Below, piece after piece: positions 38,616-52,301 of a DNA stretch of 64,000 nucleotides. The translations under genes were made by a program, and so were the position numbers. The notes under the pieces are model-generated. The model was not told the DNA's origin. It saw only the letters and a program-made list of their open reading frames with translations, and did not search any database. The stretch is taken from positions 7,378,001 to 7,442,000 of the forward strand of contig OZ024760.1 of the NCBI GenBank assembly GCA_964016885.1, in the 5' to 3' direction. This DNA comes from Eledone cirrhosa (lineage: Eukaryota). Positions within the stretch are counted from its first letter, which is position 1. Each line of letters starts with the position of its first letter.

Positions 38616-41600
38616 ATAGCCAACTGTTGACACCTGGACTCTCTTAATTGGAGCCGATGGTTTGCCTGATTCAATTCTGCTTCAACACCGTTGTTTTGCT
38701 CAATACTCTTGGAAAATTGTTCCTGCAATTTCTGGTAATCTTCTTGGAACTGGTTCAACCGGTCGCCACCATGTTGAATCACCTGCAGTTGTGACTTGAG
38801 AGATTCGTTCTCAAAATGAGCTTCTTTCAGCGAACTATTCACCTGTACCATCTCCTGCTTCAGTTCAGTGTTTTGGTTGGTCAGTTCCTGCACATGATCT
38901 TCCAATTCTTCAACCCTTTTTGTAAATGTCACTTGTTCCCTTTTCAAATGTTCTTGCTGTTCGTGTGCAAAGTTCTGCTCCTTTTCCACCTGAGTTTGCA
39001 TTTTGTTCCTCAACTCTTCAAACTGTTTTGCCAGATGTGTGTTATCATTCAACAGAGTGTTATACCGTTCATTCACCTCGACCAATTCTTCTCTGCTGGC
39101 GGCAAGTTCTTCATTCTGTACAATTTCTTGTTGTAATTCTTTAGCGAGCTCATTCTTTTCTTTCTTCAGCATATCAACAGCCTGACGAGTGCTTTCTAAA
39201 TCACAGTTTTCAGAGGTCAGTCTTTCAATTTCCTCACTCATATGGTCCATTTCACTCTTGAAAAGGGTCAAGCTTTCTTCTTTTCGACCCACTTCTAGTT
39301 CACACTCTTCAATTTGTCTCCTCCAATCTTTATTATTGTTATTAATCTGTTCCGCTAACTGATTAACTTCTGCTGTCAGTTCTTCAATCTCTTTCATATT
39401 CTGTCTCAGCATTTCCTTGTTTGCTTCCAGTTCCATTTTAACAGTTTGAAAATTTTCTTCCAAGTACATTTTCTCTTGCTCAAGCTCTTCTTCTCGTTTC
39501 TGGGACTCCCTTAACTGCTGTCCAACGGCACTGGCTTCTTGGGCTTCTCTTTTGTATAATTCCCTTTCATTCACTTCATCCATTATTCTTTCCGACAAAA
39601 TCTGATTCTCACTCTTCAACTGGTTTGCCTCACTCACTTTAGTCTCTAATTCTATTTCAACTGCAGACAGTCTCACTTCAAGATCATTTCTCACTAGCCC
39701 ATCCTCCTCGTCACATTCCTTCTTTGTCTTCTCCAACTCTGCTATAAATATTTCCTGCTCCTGTAATTTATCCTTTGCTTCTTCGAGCTCTTTCCTCAAC
39801 ATTTGTGCCTCCTTACGATGGTTCATCACTTCTTCTCTAGCACCATTCACTTGGTCCTTTAAGTTATTGCGTTCTTTGAATAGACCTTGTAACTGAATTT
39901 CTATTTGACCATTCTGGTCCTCAGCAATTGTGCTATTTACCAATTCTTTCTCCAATTTGGCAACAGCCTCTCTTAATTTGTGGTTTTCACTCTTCAAATT
40001 GTCTTGAATTTCCTTATATTTTCTAACAAGCTGCTGGAAATCTTCCAGGTCTGCGTAGACATTTTTGCATTCCCCTTCTAAATTGGAAATTTGATTCAAT
40101 AAAGTAGACTTCTCTACAGAAAACTGGTTATTGATGGTCTCCATTTCTTGTCTTAGAGTTGCCAGCATGTTTTCAGAATCTAACTTTTCCGATGTGACAT
40201 TTTCAACTTGTTTTGACAGATTGTCACATTTTGACTGCAGCTCAGAGATGGTCGTCAATAATTTCTGATTTCTTTTCTCAATTTCAATCTTTTCATCCTC
40301 TAACTTTGCCTTTGTTTCAAAAGTTTCATTTCTGTATTTTTCTTCTTGTTGACAGAATGCTGAAAGTTCCTGATTTTTTAATCTCTCCAAATCAAGCTCC
40401 TTCTGGAGTTGAAGAACCTTAGATTCCTTCTCTTTCTTTAGTTTTTCCATTTCTTTCAACAGACCGCTATTTTTATCTTTAAAAGATTTAAACTTCACTA
40501 AAATTTTCTCACATTTTTCTGTTGCTATTTGATGCTTGCTTCTGACTATATCATATTCTTGAGACAGACTTTCAAATTTCTCTCGTACATCATTTAACTC
40601 TTTCTCTTTCTCAACCAACAAACCATCACCATCAGAGGAATTCTTAGCTTCCGACCTCTGAATGGCCTCTTTTTCAACATGAATGCTGTATACCATACTT
40701 TGATGTTCTTTCACTAAGTTTGTTTCCAAAGGCACTTCTGCAGGATACATTTCTGAAGATACATGCTTACACTTCTCCTTAAGCATAGAATTTTCCATTT
40801 TTAATTGTTCCAGATTCTCTGAAAGTAGTAACTTTTCCTTAGAAGACTGCAATAGATCCTCGGTAAATTTTTCAATGTCTTCTTCCATTTTTTCAATATT
40901 TCCATGACTGACACTAAGGCTTTCTTCTAAAGCTTTCATCTTCTCCTCAGACGTTTGTTCCATTCACCAGCCAACCGTTCTTTATCTAAACACATCTGAC
41001 TGGATTCCACCTTCAGTTTCTCATACAAAACTTTCAAATCCATCTCAACATTAGAAGACGTATCACGTTCTTTCTCTCTATTTGACTGAAACTGCTCAAG
41101 TTGTTCTCTATATTCTACAATAATCTGCTCCTTTTGTTGAATTTCATTTGCAAAATATTCCAACTGGTGTTGAATCTGTTTTAATAAACTATTGTTGTTG
41201 TTTATGTCTTCTTTACTTGATTGTAATTCTTCAACAGTTTGGTTGTAAATTTCCTTAAGACTTTTCAGCTCTTCAACTGAATACTGGTTTTGTTTGGTGA
41301 TATCGTTCATTGCATTTGTAAGTTCTGAAATTGTAGCTTCTTTCTCATAAAGCTGTTTGCTAACATCAACCATTTTTTCCTCGGAAGCTTGCAGAAGTGA
41401 AGAGAGCTCTTCAATATGTAAATTCTTCTCTTTTATCTCTTCCGACAATTGCTCCATCTTCAGTGTCATTTCTTTAAGCTGATGATGCTCCTGGTCAGTT
41501 AATTCCAACACTTTTTCTTCCAGTTTCGACTGGTTTAGTTTTCTATCCTCCAATGCTTTATTCTTCTCAGTGATTTCCTTCTGAAGAAGATGAATCGTAT

Positions 41601-42996
41601 GGCCGGATTCATCGAGCTGTTCATTGAGAAATGAGATCCTCACATCTTTCTCTGTTGCCGTTTCACTCATACTCACACACCGCTCGAGGTCGCAAACTCT
41701 GTCGTGAAATGCCGCCAGCCTTTGGTCTTTCTCTTCGATGGTAGAGAGGAGATCTTCCTTCTCCAAATTCTGTGAAAGCAATATCTCCTGTTTCTGGTTA
41801 AAGTCTGATAAAAGAGCCTCCTGTTCTTGACTGAATCTTTTCAACATCAGGTTCTCCTGTCGGCTGACTATCACAATTTGCTTTGCTGCCTCTATACCAG
41901 AAATCAATGTCTGCAGCAGTGAAAATGTTGCTTTACATACTTCTGTCTCGATACTTCCATCGCCACTACCACTACTACACTCTTCTGTTCTTTTCTCAAA
42001 CATATTTGCGACAAGTATGTCCTTTTCATGGCTGTCCATTGATTCTGGCCACTCACTCAACACTGTAGAAAGTTTCTGCTGAAATGTTGATGTCATTTCA
42101 GTAATCTCTTTAATCACTTTCTCATTTGTTTCTTTTATTTCATCTTTGCCGAGTTTGTTTTCTTTTTTAGCCTCTTGGTACTGCAATTTCAGTTTCTTTG
42201 CCGTCGCTAACACTTTCAAGTATTGGTTTTCTTTATTTTGAAGTAATTTCTTTGTTGATTCTAAACCGCCTTTCTCTTTCTCAACCACACTTTCTAGTTC
42301 AGATATCTTTGCTTCACACTCTTCTTTCACGTTACGTGAATCAGTTAATTGTTCTTCCAATTCCTGCATGTTCTCAACCAGTGACATTATTTTCTCGTCT
42401 TTACGGTCCAGCTTCCCCTGTTGTTCTTGAAGCTCCCTCATGTTCTCAGCAATTTCCAGAGTCAGGTTTTGCAATTGTTGTTCTCTAACTGAAAGCTGTT
42501 CCCTCAGCAGTGATACTTCTTTACTTTGCTCAGCTCTCGCATGTTGTTGTTGCTCTTGTTGCTGCTGTTGTTGTTGTTGCTGTTGCTGTATATTAGCCCT
42601 CTCTAATAAACCTGTCAATTCAGCCACATGGTTGTCTTTCTCAAGCAAACTTTTATTAGCCAAATCCAAATTTCCTTTAGCTTCTTGCAAGTCTGTCGAC
42701 AGTTTGTCAATCTCAGCAGATTTCACCTCGACTTTTACGAGAAATTCTTGTATTTGTGAGTCTTTAAGTTTACAGTTTTCATCGGTTGATTCCAATTCAG
42801 ATTTAACACGTTGCAATTCCTCCTGTACACTCTGCGCATATGACTGCAATTCCTGGCTGGTTGCAACAAAATCAGCCAGACTAGTCTTGAGTTCCTCATT
42901 ATGGTTTTGGACGGTGACCAGCTGTTGATCGGCTTGAAGCTTCCCTTGTTTTACTTCATCCAGTTCTTCAGATATTCTACAAAGCTCCGTTGACAT
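38612..42996 (-). CDS. GOLGB1: giantin-like second giant exon (4385 nt; apparent 1-nt deletion near 40950-40965)
   Basis: gcag|ATG acceptor. Overlapping ORFs 40936..43002 and 38489..40963 are offset by one base. Continuous coiled coil with polyQ. Donor CAG|GTAACA. Confidence 0.8.
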
Positions 42997-43654
42997 CTGC
43001 AATGATATTAGTTTATAAACAAAACGGTTACATATTCTTGGAAATATATTTACATATATGAGGGTCAGCTGAAAAGTTCATAGGCTGATTATGAAAGAGT
43101 GATGCAAGAACTGTGAAATCTTGCATGCATTAATTTCAACTCTTATTAGTTTTTTTTTTGTTTTAAATTACTTGTCTCACTAGTTCTTTTTGATTATCAA
43201 CTGTAAATATTAAACTGACCCCAGTGCATTACTGGTACTTTATTTTATCGACCCCCGTAAGGACGAAAGTCAAAGCTAATCTTGGCAGAATTTGAACTCA
43301 GAATGTAAAGGGCCATAACTCTATGCTGCAAAGCATGGTGTCTGACACTCTACTGATATTGCCAATCCACCACCATAATAATAATAATAATAATAATAAT
43401 GATGAAGAAGATGATTTCTACTTTAGGCACAAGGCCAACAATTTGAGGAAAGGGGAAAGTCGATTAAATCGACTAGTCCATTACTGGTACTTTATAACAA
43501 CAACAGGTGAAAATATGTAGAATTACAGGTAAGCCATGTGTTAGTAGAGGGAGCTGGAAGAAATAGTAAGATAAATAAATAAAACAAGTTTCCTAACATA
43601 AACAAACAAAAATATATAAACATGATTGAAATGGCAACATAACTACAGTTTAGT

Positions 43655-44075
43655 GACCCCTTCATACAGCTGTGGCTGGTCCCTTCACACAACTGTGGCC
43701 AGCCCTTTCACACAACTGTGGTCCCTTCACACAACTGTGGTCCCTTCACACATCTGTGGTTTGTCCCTACACACATGTGGTCCCTTCACACAACTGTGCC
43801 CAGCCCCTTCATACAACTGTGGTCCCTTCACACAACTGTGGCTACCCCTTCCCTCAACTGACCAACCCTTTCACACAACTGTGCCCAGCCCCTTCATACA
43901 ACTGTGGTCCCTTCACACAACTGTGGCTCCTTCACACACCTGTGGTCCCTTCACACAACTGTGGCTCCTTCACACACCTGTGGTCCCTTCACACAACGGT
44001 GGCTCCTTCACACACCTGTGGTCCCTTCACACACCTGTGGTCCCTTCACACAACTGTGGTCCCTTCACACAACTG
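43655..44075. repeat. about 20-bp minisatellite
   Basis: cacacaactgtggtcccttc units. Confidence 0.88.
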
Positions 44076-44343
44076 GGGATAGGGGGACGGAAGACACTAA
44101 TATGTAGTTATGCCAAATGCCGATATAAGTGTGTACTAGTGATCCTTACAGGTGGGCGTGGATCCTGAGTGCCTTGAGGTGTTGAATCAGTGTTCTGACT
44201 ATGTGTAGGGATACTATTGTTGTCATCTGGCTTAGCTGAGAAATCCGTGTCGCCAACACCAACGCCGCCATCACTGACATCGAGTGTCGTTTCCTCGGGA
44301 CACCTCACACCCAGCTCCCCCTGCTGTCGACTCAAAAAAAATA

Positions 44344-44384
<41 letters not shown>

Positions 44385-44429
44385 AAGCTTCTCAATTTCA
44401 CTGCCACGGTTGTTGCACACGTTACTTAC

Positions 44430-47400
44430 GTGGGAATATGCAGCGGCAAAAGAAGCAAAATGTTTCTGCAGACTTCGCAAACTGTCGAGGTCTGTTGCAC
44501 CGGTGGGTGGACCGCTCACCAAACCATCCGTGACGTCATCACAGCATTCCTCTTCTTCCTCGCTCTCTTCCATTATTGTCTCCAGAGTGGAACCATGGAC
44601 ATCCTTCACGTATGTCAAAAGACCAGAGATTCTGTTTTCAAGAGCATCTAAAGAGTTTTTCACCCTCTTCGTCTCTTCCGAATGACTGACGGCTGTGCTG
44701 TGGCTATCATCACAGGCATTCTGTAGCCTAGCAACCTCTTTGACGAGTTTCTTACGTTCAGATGACATCGTTTCTATAGTTTCACTCATTGACTGGATGG
44801 CCTCCTCTTTAGACACAACCACAACATTCAGCTCCGATACAATGTCCAAAAATCGACTATGTTCAGCAACATGTGACAGCAACAAATCTCTCAGGTAGTT
44901 TCGAAGCCAGTTTAAAAAATTCAAGCCTGTCTGTGTGTTAGAGTCATCCAGCAGACACATTTCTGACTCCAATTTAACTGGATCAAACTGTTCTTCTGTC
45001 GATGTGAAATGTTCCAGGTAGTTGCTACTGTTGACAATCTTACTTAAATCTTCCAAAACAGAAGCTTGAGGTTTTCGATTATGTTTCAAAGATTCTTCTT
45101 TGATATCATTTTGGATTTCTTTGAGGCAGCTTATGAAGGAGTTCAAAACTGTTGAAATCTCTTGTTGACCTCTGCCGTGCTGACTCAAGAAAATTGTTAA
45201 CAATTTTAAAGCTTCTGTAGTTTTCAAACTTTTTTCTTGGCATTCATCCAAACTTTGAAACAGTGCAGAATCCAGTTCTTCATAGAGCTGCTTCATGTGT
45301 TCCTGTATGGAATTTATTTCTGGTTTGGAGATCTGATTTAATGAAACCAGACCCAAAGTCTTTTTTATTAATAAAGTGAAAGATTCCTGGACAGTTTTAT
45401 AACAGATTCTCATGCCACTAAGTTCTTCATCCTTTGTTGATAATGCCATCTCAAGCTGCTTAATGATATTTTCAAAAGACAATTGACTAATTTCAGCAAC
45501 TGATTTTAGCTCAGTTATTTCAGCAGTTTTAACATCTAAACTGTCTTTCATTTCGGTAACTAAAATTTCAAAGTCATTAATTTTTATTTCCTGCTCTTTC
45601 TGTTCTGTTGACAAATGAAGTTGTGACAACTTCTCAGTCTCTGAGTTGGCTGTCTCTAACTGCTTCTCCAGTTTCTTTATTTCAGCAGTATTCTGAAGAT
45701 TAGCTTTCTTTAACTTCACACACACTTGCCTCAACCGTTCATTTTTGTTTTGTAAATCTTTCACCTCACTGCTTCCTACTGATTCAGCCTCTTTGAAATT
45801 GTTCCCTGCTTCTGTATCCTTCATTTCTGTGGTCTCCTTAGGATATTTTTCTTTGGACAGTTTCATGTCAGCAGCTTTCATTTCAGAAAAAGATGATTTC
45901 CAATTTTCAATCTTCGTTAATATTTCTAACATCTCAAACTTCAGATTTTCAACCCTAATTGCAATAGACTCTGTATTTTCAATGACTTTTTCATTAACTT
46001 CTACTTTGGGCTCTTCTTTAAAACCAACTTCAGGTGAAAACATTTTATTTAACCCATTACAAATATCATTTCTCCAAAACATTTTCAAATCTTCAAAGTG
46101 TTTGGAATAAGCATCTGTCTTGGCTCTCAAGTCAATCAGTTCTTCTCTCCAAGACATCTCTGATGTACAAGAATCGGAAGTCGTGTAAGATTTTTCACTC
46201 AAAGTCGGGGAACTTACTCTTAGAACTTCACTTCTCACAGATTCCACACTTCCATATCTGGAAGAAGACATACCAGAAAGACATTTGTCTTTAGGTTTCT
46301 TTGTCAAAGAGCTCTTTCTCTTTGAGTCTTCTGAGTTCCTGTTGAGTTTTCTGTCACCAACTTCTTGACTTCTAGTTCGACGTTTAATTAAAGGCCCGCT
46401 TTTTTCCATCTTAGGTTTTGTCTCTGCCAAGTGCTTCTTCAGACGTTCTTTATCAATGTTTATTTGGCTTATCTTACTCTCCATATCCATAACTTTTTGA
46501 GATAATATCTGTTTCTCCCTTAAGATTTTCTCAAGACGTGTTTCTACATCATGACATTTTTGATGTTCCCGTAACACTTGTTCCAGATGACACCGTAACT
46601 TATCCCTTTCTTGACTAGTCGATACCAGCTCCATATCCACTTTAGCCAACTGCTCAGCTACAAGATCTTTCTCCATCAATTTCTTTTTCAGATCATCTTC
46701 CAGTTTTCTGATAGTAATTCTCAACAACTCCACCTCATCTATCTTTGAAAGCTGACATTCCAAATCTTCTTTCTCCTTAAACACAATAACCAACTTATTC
46801 TCCAACTTTTCTTTGTCTTTTATTAATTTAATAATATTTCTCTCCAACACCATAATTCTTTCCTCATCAAATTCAGACAAATTACTTTTGTTTAATCCTG
46901 ATTCTGAAAGTTTGGAGTCACCAATAAATTCATTTTTCCTTTTTATCAAGTTCAAAACCTGGTCTTGACTAGAATCTTCTAAATTCTGTATAAATGTTTT
47001 CATTGTATTGGATTCTTTGGCTAAAGAAACAATTCCATCAAACAAGCCATTCAGTGACGCTTCAAGAATGTCTTCACTCAGGTTTTCCTTGTTAATTACA
47101 GCTGGAATATTAACATTTATTCCGCTCTGTTGGCATCTGGTAAAAAAATTCATAAGAGGTCTTTGCATGGTGGCCATATTTTGTATGTTTTCTCTGGCTT
47201 GATTTAAACTATTCAGATCTTCCTTGCTGTGTAACTCAGATGACATTGTTTCAATTTCAAGATGTTCAACTCTTTTAACAACAAAATCAGATTGTCTATG
47301 ATCTGTTGTTGAAACATCATCTTCTCTCGAGCAACTTTGAGATGGTTCCAGCATTTTTTCATTCAAGACACTTGCCTGTGTTTCTGTCCAAGCCTGAAGA

Positions 47401-50400
47401 ACTTGATACAACTTTGAAAATTTACCGACTAAACCTTCTAGCTGTGTATTATCACTTTTATCATCAGAGACTGCCAAAAACTCGGAATCTTGTAACAAAT
47501 TTTGCTCTGAATTCTTTGACAAAACACAAGCACAGTTATCATAGACTTGTGTTAGTTGCTCGGCAACCAGACATAATTTCAATTCTTTATCTTTTTGTAT
47601 TTGTTGTAAATTTTCCATCAATAATTTCTGTTCCTGCCAATTTTTACAGAATTGGTTAATTTTGGCTGAAATGCTTTCTTCTTCTTTCAGAGAGTCTTTT
47701 CCAAAATTTGGATTTATAGAGTCTAATAATAAAGACAAGTTTTCTCTTTCGGAAACTAAATCTTTCAATTTTTTTATGATAATCTTGCTCCCACATTCCC
47801 CTTTTGAAGAAACATCAGATTCATCATGTCTTTGAGACAACTCAGCAGTAGCTGTATTAACATTCTTTAAAGAAGCTGTACTTTTGGATTTCTTTGTAGA
47901 CTTTCTAGCACCTTTTTTCTTTAGAGAGCCATCGACACTGGAATCAGGGATCTGTTTCTTCACCTTCTTAGAGGGCATCTCCGATTGTTCTTGTTTTGTT
48001 AGAGTCTCTGGTAAAGTTTCTTTACTATAATTATTCCACAAACAAAAATCAATCAATTGGTTAATTTCAGAACAAGCTTCTTCATTAATGGAAATCTTGA
48101 TTTTTAGTTGAGCACATTCTTTTGACTTCTCTACCAATTCCTTGTTCAAACCTTCCACCATCTTCTGAACCTTATTCCTATCTTCCATCTGTAGCTGGAG
48201 ACTATTAAGTTCAGCAGTAAGATTCTGGTTTTTGTTTATCAAATCAGAAATGGTTTCTTGTGACTCCTTCTTCACCTTTTCAAAAGAGTCTTCTATTGCC
48301 ATCTGGGAATCATTTAAGACACTTTGAATTCTAGAAAGTTCCAAATTCTTTTTCTCCAAATTGTATTCAGACTCTTTCAACTTTTCACAGAGAATATCGT
48401 GTTCATCTTTTAGACTTTCATAAGACTTCCTAAAACTTTCTGCAGCAACCTCTCCTTCTCTTACACTACTTTTCATTCCTTCTACAGATTTCTCACTCGT
48501 GACTTTGCTATCTCTTAGTTCGATTTGGAGATCTTTGATAACTTGTTGAAATAACTGGTTCTCTTTTAGCAATTCCTGCAATTTACCGTTACTATCTTGT
48601 TGGGATTCTTTAGTTTCATCAACAGACGACATCAAATTTCTAATCAAATCTTCTTTCTCCTGTAAACTAGCTTTAAAATTAACAATATCCATTTCAGTCT
48701 CATGTTTCTCACACTGTAACAGTTCAATGTCTTTTACTAACTTAGTTTCATTCTCGACAGATGTCTGCAAGTGGACATCAAGTTCTTCAAATGTTTTTTT
48801 TATATTTCTATTAACACTTTCAATATTTATTCTCAGCTCTCTTTCTGTTTCCAGTTTGCTGCCAACTTTTTTGATTTCCTCTTCCAAATGTTTCTTCTCC
48901 GATAATGTCTCCTGTAACACTGCATTCATTTTTTCTACTTTATCCTCAGCATTTTTAAGACTGGTTTGGAGTACCTCAATGATGCCTTTTTTCTCTGAGA
49001 CCAACTGCTGAGCTTCAACTAATTTACCTTTGAAGTTCTCTCCCTCTCTGGTCAACATCTCTACTCTCTCATGTAACAACAACTGGTTGTTATCATATTC
49101 AGACAGTTTCACAAGGAGCTCATCTCTCTGCTCCCCTAACTGCACCACTTGATCCTTGTGTTCAGCTGAAACTTCAGATAATTTAGAATTAGAGGAAACA
49201 AGTGCTTGCTCAAGCTCAATAATTTGGTTAGTGCATTTTTCTAAATGGAAACTCTGTTGGGATTTTTCCTTTTCTAGTTCATCGGAAAGATGTTCAAGCA
49301 AACTTCCCTTCTCTGTTAACAGATCTTCTAGCTGACCTATTTTTCTGGTTAATTCTAAGTTAGTGTTAGTAACAAGCTGCATTTCATGTACACCGTTCTC
49401 AACCTCAGCATGCATGCATTTCTTTTCGTGTAATGCTAATTCTAAATTTTCAGACAAAAGCCTCACCTTCTTTTCTTGGTCTGCCAGTGAGTGCTCCAGG
49501 TCTTGCCTGTTGGTTTCCCTAGAGGTTTCCTGCTCTTTTAAAAACCTCACTTCTTCCTGTAGACTGGTTTGTTGTTGTGTTAGAGACTCCAATTGGCTAT
49601 TGGCCTCTTTCAGTTGTTGCTGCATGAAATTACAATTGTCTTGAAGATTTTTCAGCTGTTGGATTAAGTCCTGTGCTTCAACTTGACTTTGCTGTAACGC
49701 CAAGTTTAAGCTCTCAACATTGTCCTGTAAAGAGGAGATTTTTGTATCTTTCTCTCCCATAAGTTTCTTCACTGCTAATTCCTGCTCGGAAGAATTTGAC
49801 TGGAGATTCACCAAAGTCAAATCATTGTCAGCACATTTCCTTTCCAACTCGTCAACGTTTGATTTAAGCATTTCATTATTTTTCTCGGAATGTTGCAATG
49901 TCGATTCCAGCCGAACTTTCTCCGAAAGCAGTCCTTCTATCTGAGAGATAACTAATCCAAGAGTTTCTGACAAAGGTAATTCTGTTTCTGTTTGAGAATG
50001 TGTTAAAATCCCAAGTCTGTTGACAAGTAAATCTTTCACCATTTCTCCAGAAGATGTATATTCTTGCAATGTCTTTTCATTGGCAACTTTCTCAGTCTGT
50101 AATTTCTCACAAAAAACTTTAAATTTGTTGCAGCCTGCTGTCAGTTCAGACACCTTCGATGAAAGCTTCTCTATTTGAGCATCTTTTTCTGTTATCACAG
50201 TATTAAGTTGTAATACGACTGAGTTGATTTCCTGAAGTTTGGCATCAAACTCAGACTGCTTCTCATTTAAAATATTAGTCAATTTTTCCACTGAAGAATT
50301 AAGGTTTTCAAATTCTGCCTGTTTCTCGGCCACAAGCCTATCAGTAAATTCATCCATTTTGGATCGTTCAGAAACTAATGTGGTTACTTCCTCGGTTTTC

Positions 50401-51134
50401 TCTTGCAAAGACTGATATAATGACTCAACTTTGGCTTCAGACTCAGATAAAGTCTTCTTTTTATCTTCAACATCTTTCTGCAATGTTTCTATTTGTTCTT
50501 GTAATAAGGCAGTTTGGGAGAGAAACTCTTGCTGTTTCACACTCGCTTCATTTTCATATGACTCAACTTTCTGCTCCAGAGAAGCTAAAATCTTATCTCT
50601 CGAGTCATACAGCACCTTAAATTTACATATCTCAGATGTCTGCATCTCAATCGTCTCCTGAAGTAAGTTAATACTTTCATCTTTTGCCGACATATTCTCT
50701 TTATACAAATTAGTTTCAGCAGCCATATTGTTTACAGAAGAAAGAACATTTTCCTCATAGTTTTGAAGCTGGGATTTTAATGACTCAACCTCACTTTCCT
50801 TACTCTCAAGGGCTTTATGTTTTTCGTCTTGAGATTTCTCAATAATTTGGAGTTGCTGTTGAAGTTGAATGACACACTCAACTTTCTCCCTCACCACACA
50901 AAACAGGCGTTCAACGGAATTCTCAGTAATATCAAGGAACTGGCAAATATGTCCTATCTCATTGCTCTGTTGTTGCAACTTGTTAGCTGTTTTCTCAAGA
51001 GATTGCTGTAGTTCCACTTTCACTGTTTCATGTTCAGCAATGGCACTTTGCAGGGCAGCTTCTGTCTGTTGTAACTTTGTCTGTGACTCAGTCAAGGCAA
51101 TGTGGGTCTTCTTCAGTTCTTCATCTGTTTCATT
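44430..51134 (-). CDS. GOLGB1: giantin-like giant exon (6705 nt, 2235 codons)
   Basis: gtag|AAT acceptor in frame with ORF 44271..51095. E/K/L/Q-rich heptad coiled coil. In-frame perfect donor CAC|GTAAGT at 44429. Confidence 0.8.
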
Positions 51135-51199
51135 CTACAAGCACAAGAAGAAGAGCAAATCAAAATCCATTTGCAACAGATACATGTCTGTGTGTTTTT

Positions 51200-51520
51200 A
51201 CATCCACTTTTCCCTGCTTGCAAGGGTGGGACGGGAACTGATTCTGGCTTGATTTCTACAGCTGGATGCCCTTCCTAACACCAACCTCATTTACAGTGAG
51301 TACTGGGTGCTTTTTTTCCGTGGCAACTCCACGGCCACTTTACAGTGGAATGATAGGGACCCCAGTCCCTATCATCTCATTTCTACAGCTGAGTAAACTG
51401 GAGCAATGTGAAATAAAGTGTCTTGCTCAAGGATACAACACATCACCCGGTCTGAGAATTGAACTCACAACATTTCGATTGCAAGGCCAATGCTCTAACC
51501 ACTAAGCCATGTGCCTCCAT
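51200..51520 (-). mobile_element. tRNA-derived SINE
   Basis: Reverse complement of the 36327..36660 family. Confidence 0.88.
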
Positions 51521-51539
51521 ATATATATATATATATATA

Positions 51540-51990
51540 TTAGCTGATGTACCCAGCTTTGCCCAGGTAAACTGATGATAAGAGAAGACAGATAGAAGAG
51601 AAAATGACTATTTGGTGTATTTTCTGGTTTACAGTATGAAGCAAGACCATGGTGTGTGACAAAAGAAAAAAAAGCAGTAAAAAATCTTCCAGATATACCA
51701 GATTCTTTGTTTTACCGTTCATGCATAATATATGAAGATTTCTAGGTGTTTCCACTCGTGAACAACCTACATATAACTGTCCATGGGTAAAAAGTGATTC
51801 TCTTGTATTCAATTTTACAACTTTGAAACTCTGAGTCTGAGCTTTATTTATGGTCACAGCAAAACTGGTTCTAACAGGGAACTGAAGACTTGAGAATTTG
51901 AACAACAGCTTAGCAAAGAAAGGGATAAGAAGAATCTTGAGAATAAATGCATTTTCTCATTGATGATTGCCTCCAAGAATAGTAATATCT
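51540..51990 (-). mobile_element. Helitron 3' remnant (PIF1-like helicase C-terminus)
   Basis: LQFPVRTSFAVTINKAQTQS...FTHGQLYVGCSRV...KTKNLVY, plus a terminal gggcaaagctgggtacatcagcta end. Confidence 0.85.
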
Positions 51991-52301
51991 AAGATAGTTA
52001 CCTATTCTAGCCTGGAGGTAAGTATCCGAAATCACTGAGCTCATGGTTGATCCTCTATTTTCACTAATATATATGAGTGCGTGTGTGTGGTGGTAGTGAT
52101 GATGATGATGGTAGTGGTGGTGATATTAATGATGATGGTAATGACGATGATGGTGATGTGTGTGTGTGTGTGTCTATCAGCATGTATATGGTGATGATGG
52201 TTGTGTGTGTGCGTGTGTGTCTGCATTATATGGTGATGTATGTGTATGTGTATCTGCAAGTATATGGTGATGATGATGATGCTGATGGTGATGTATTTTA
52301 C

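Noticed and set aside
40936-40965. Programmed -1 ribosomal frameshift
   Set aside because: No slippery heptamer or obvious downstream structure, so a 1-nt consensus error is more parsimonious
44331-44381. 51-nt GT..AG micro-intron over the poly(T) tract
   Set aside because: Very weak donor (GTTTTT), and removal keeps the frame that stops at 44271. A perfect donor exists at 44429.
38816-51252. Plus-strand ORFs antisense to the giant exons
   Set aside because: Shadow ORFs of the E/K/Q-biased coiled-coil coding strand
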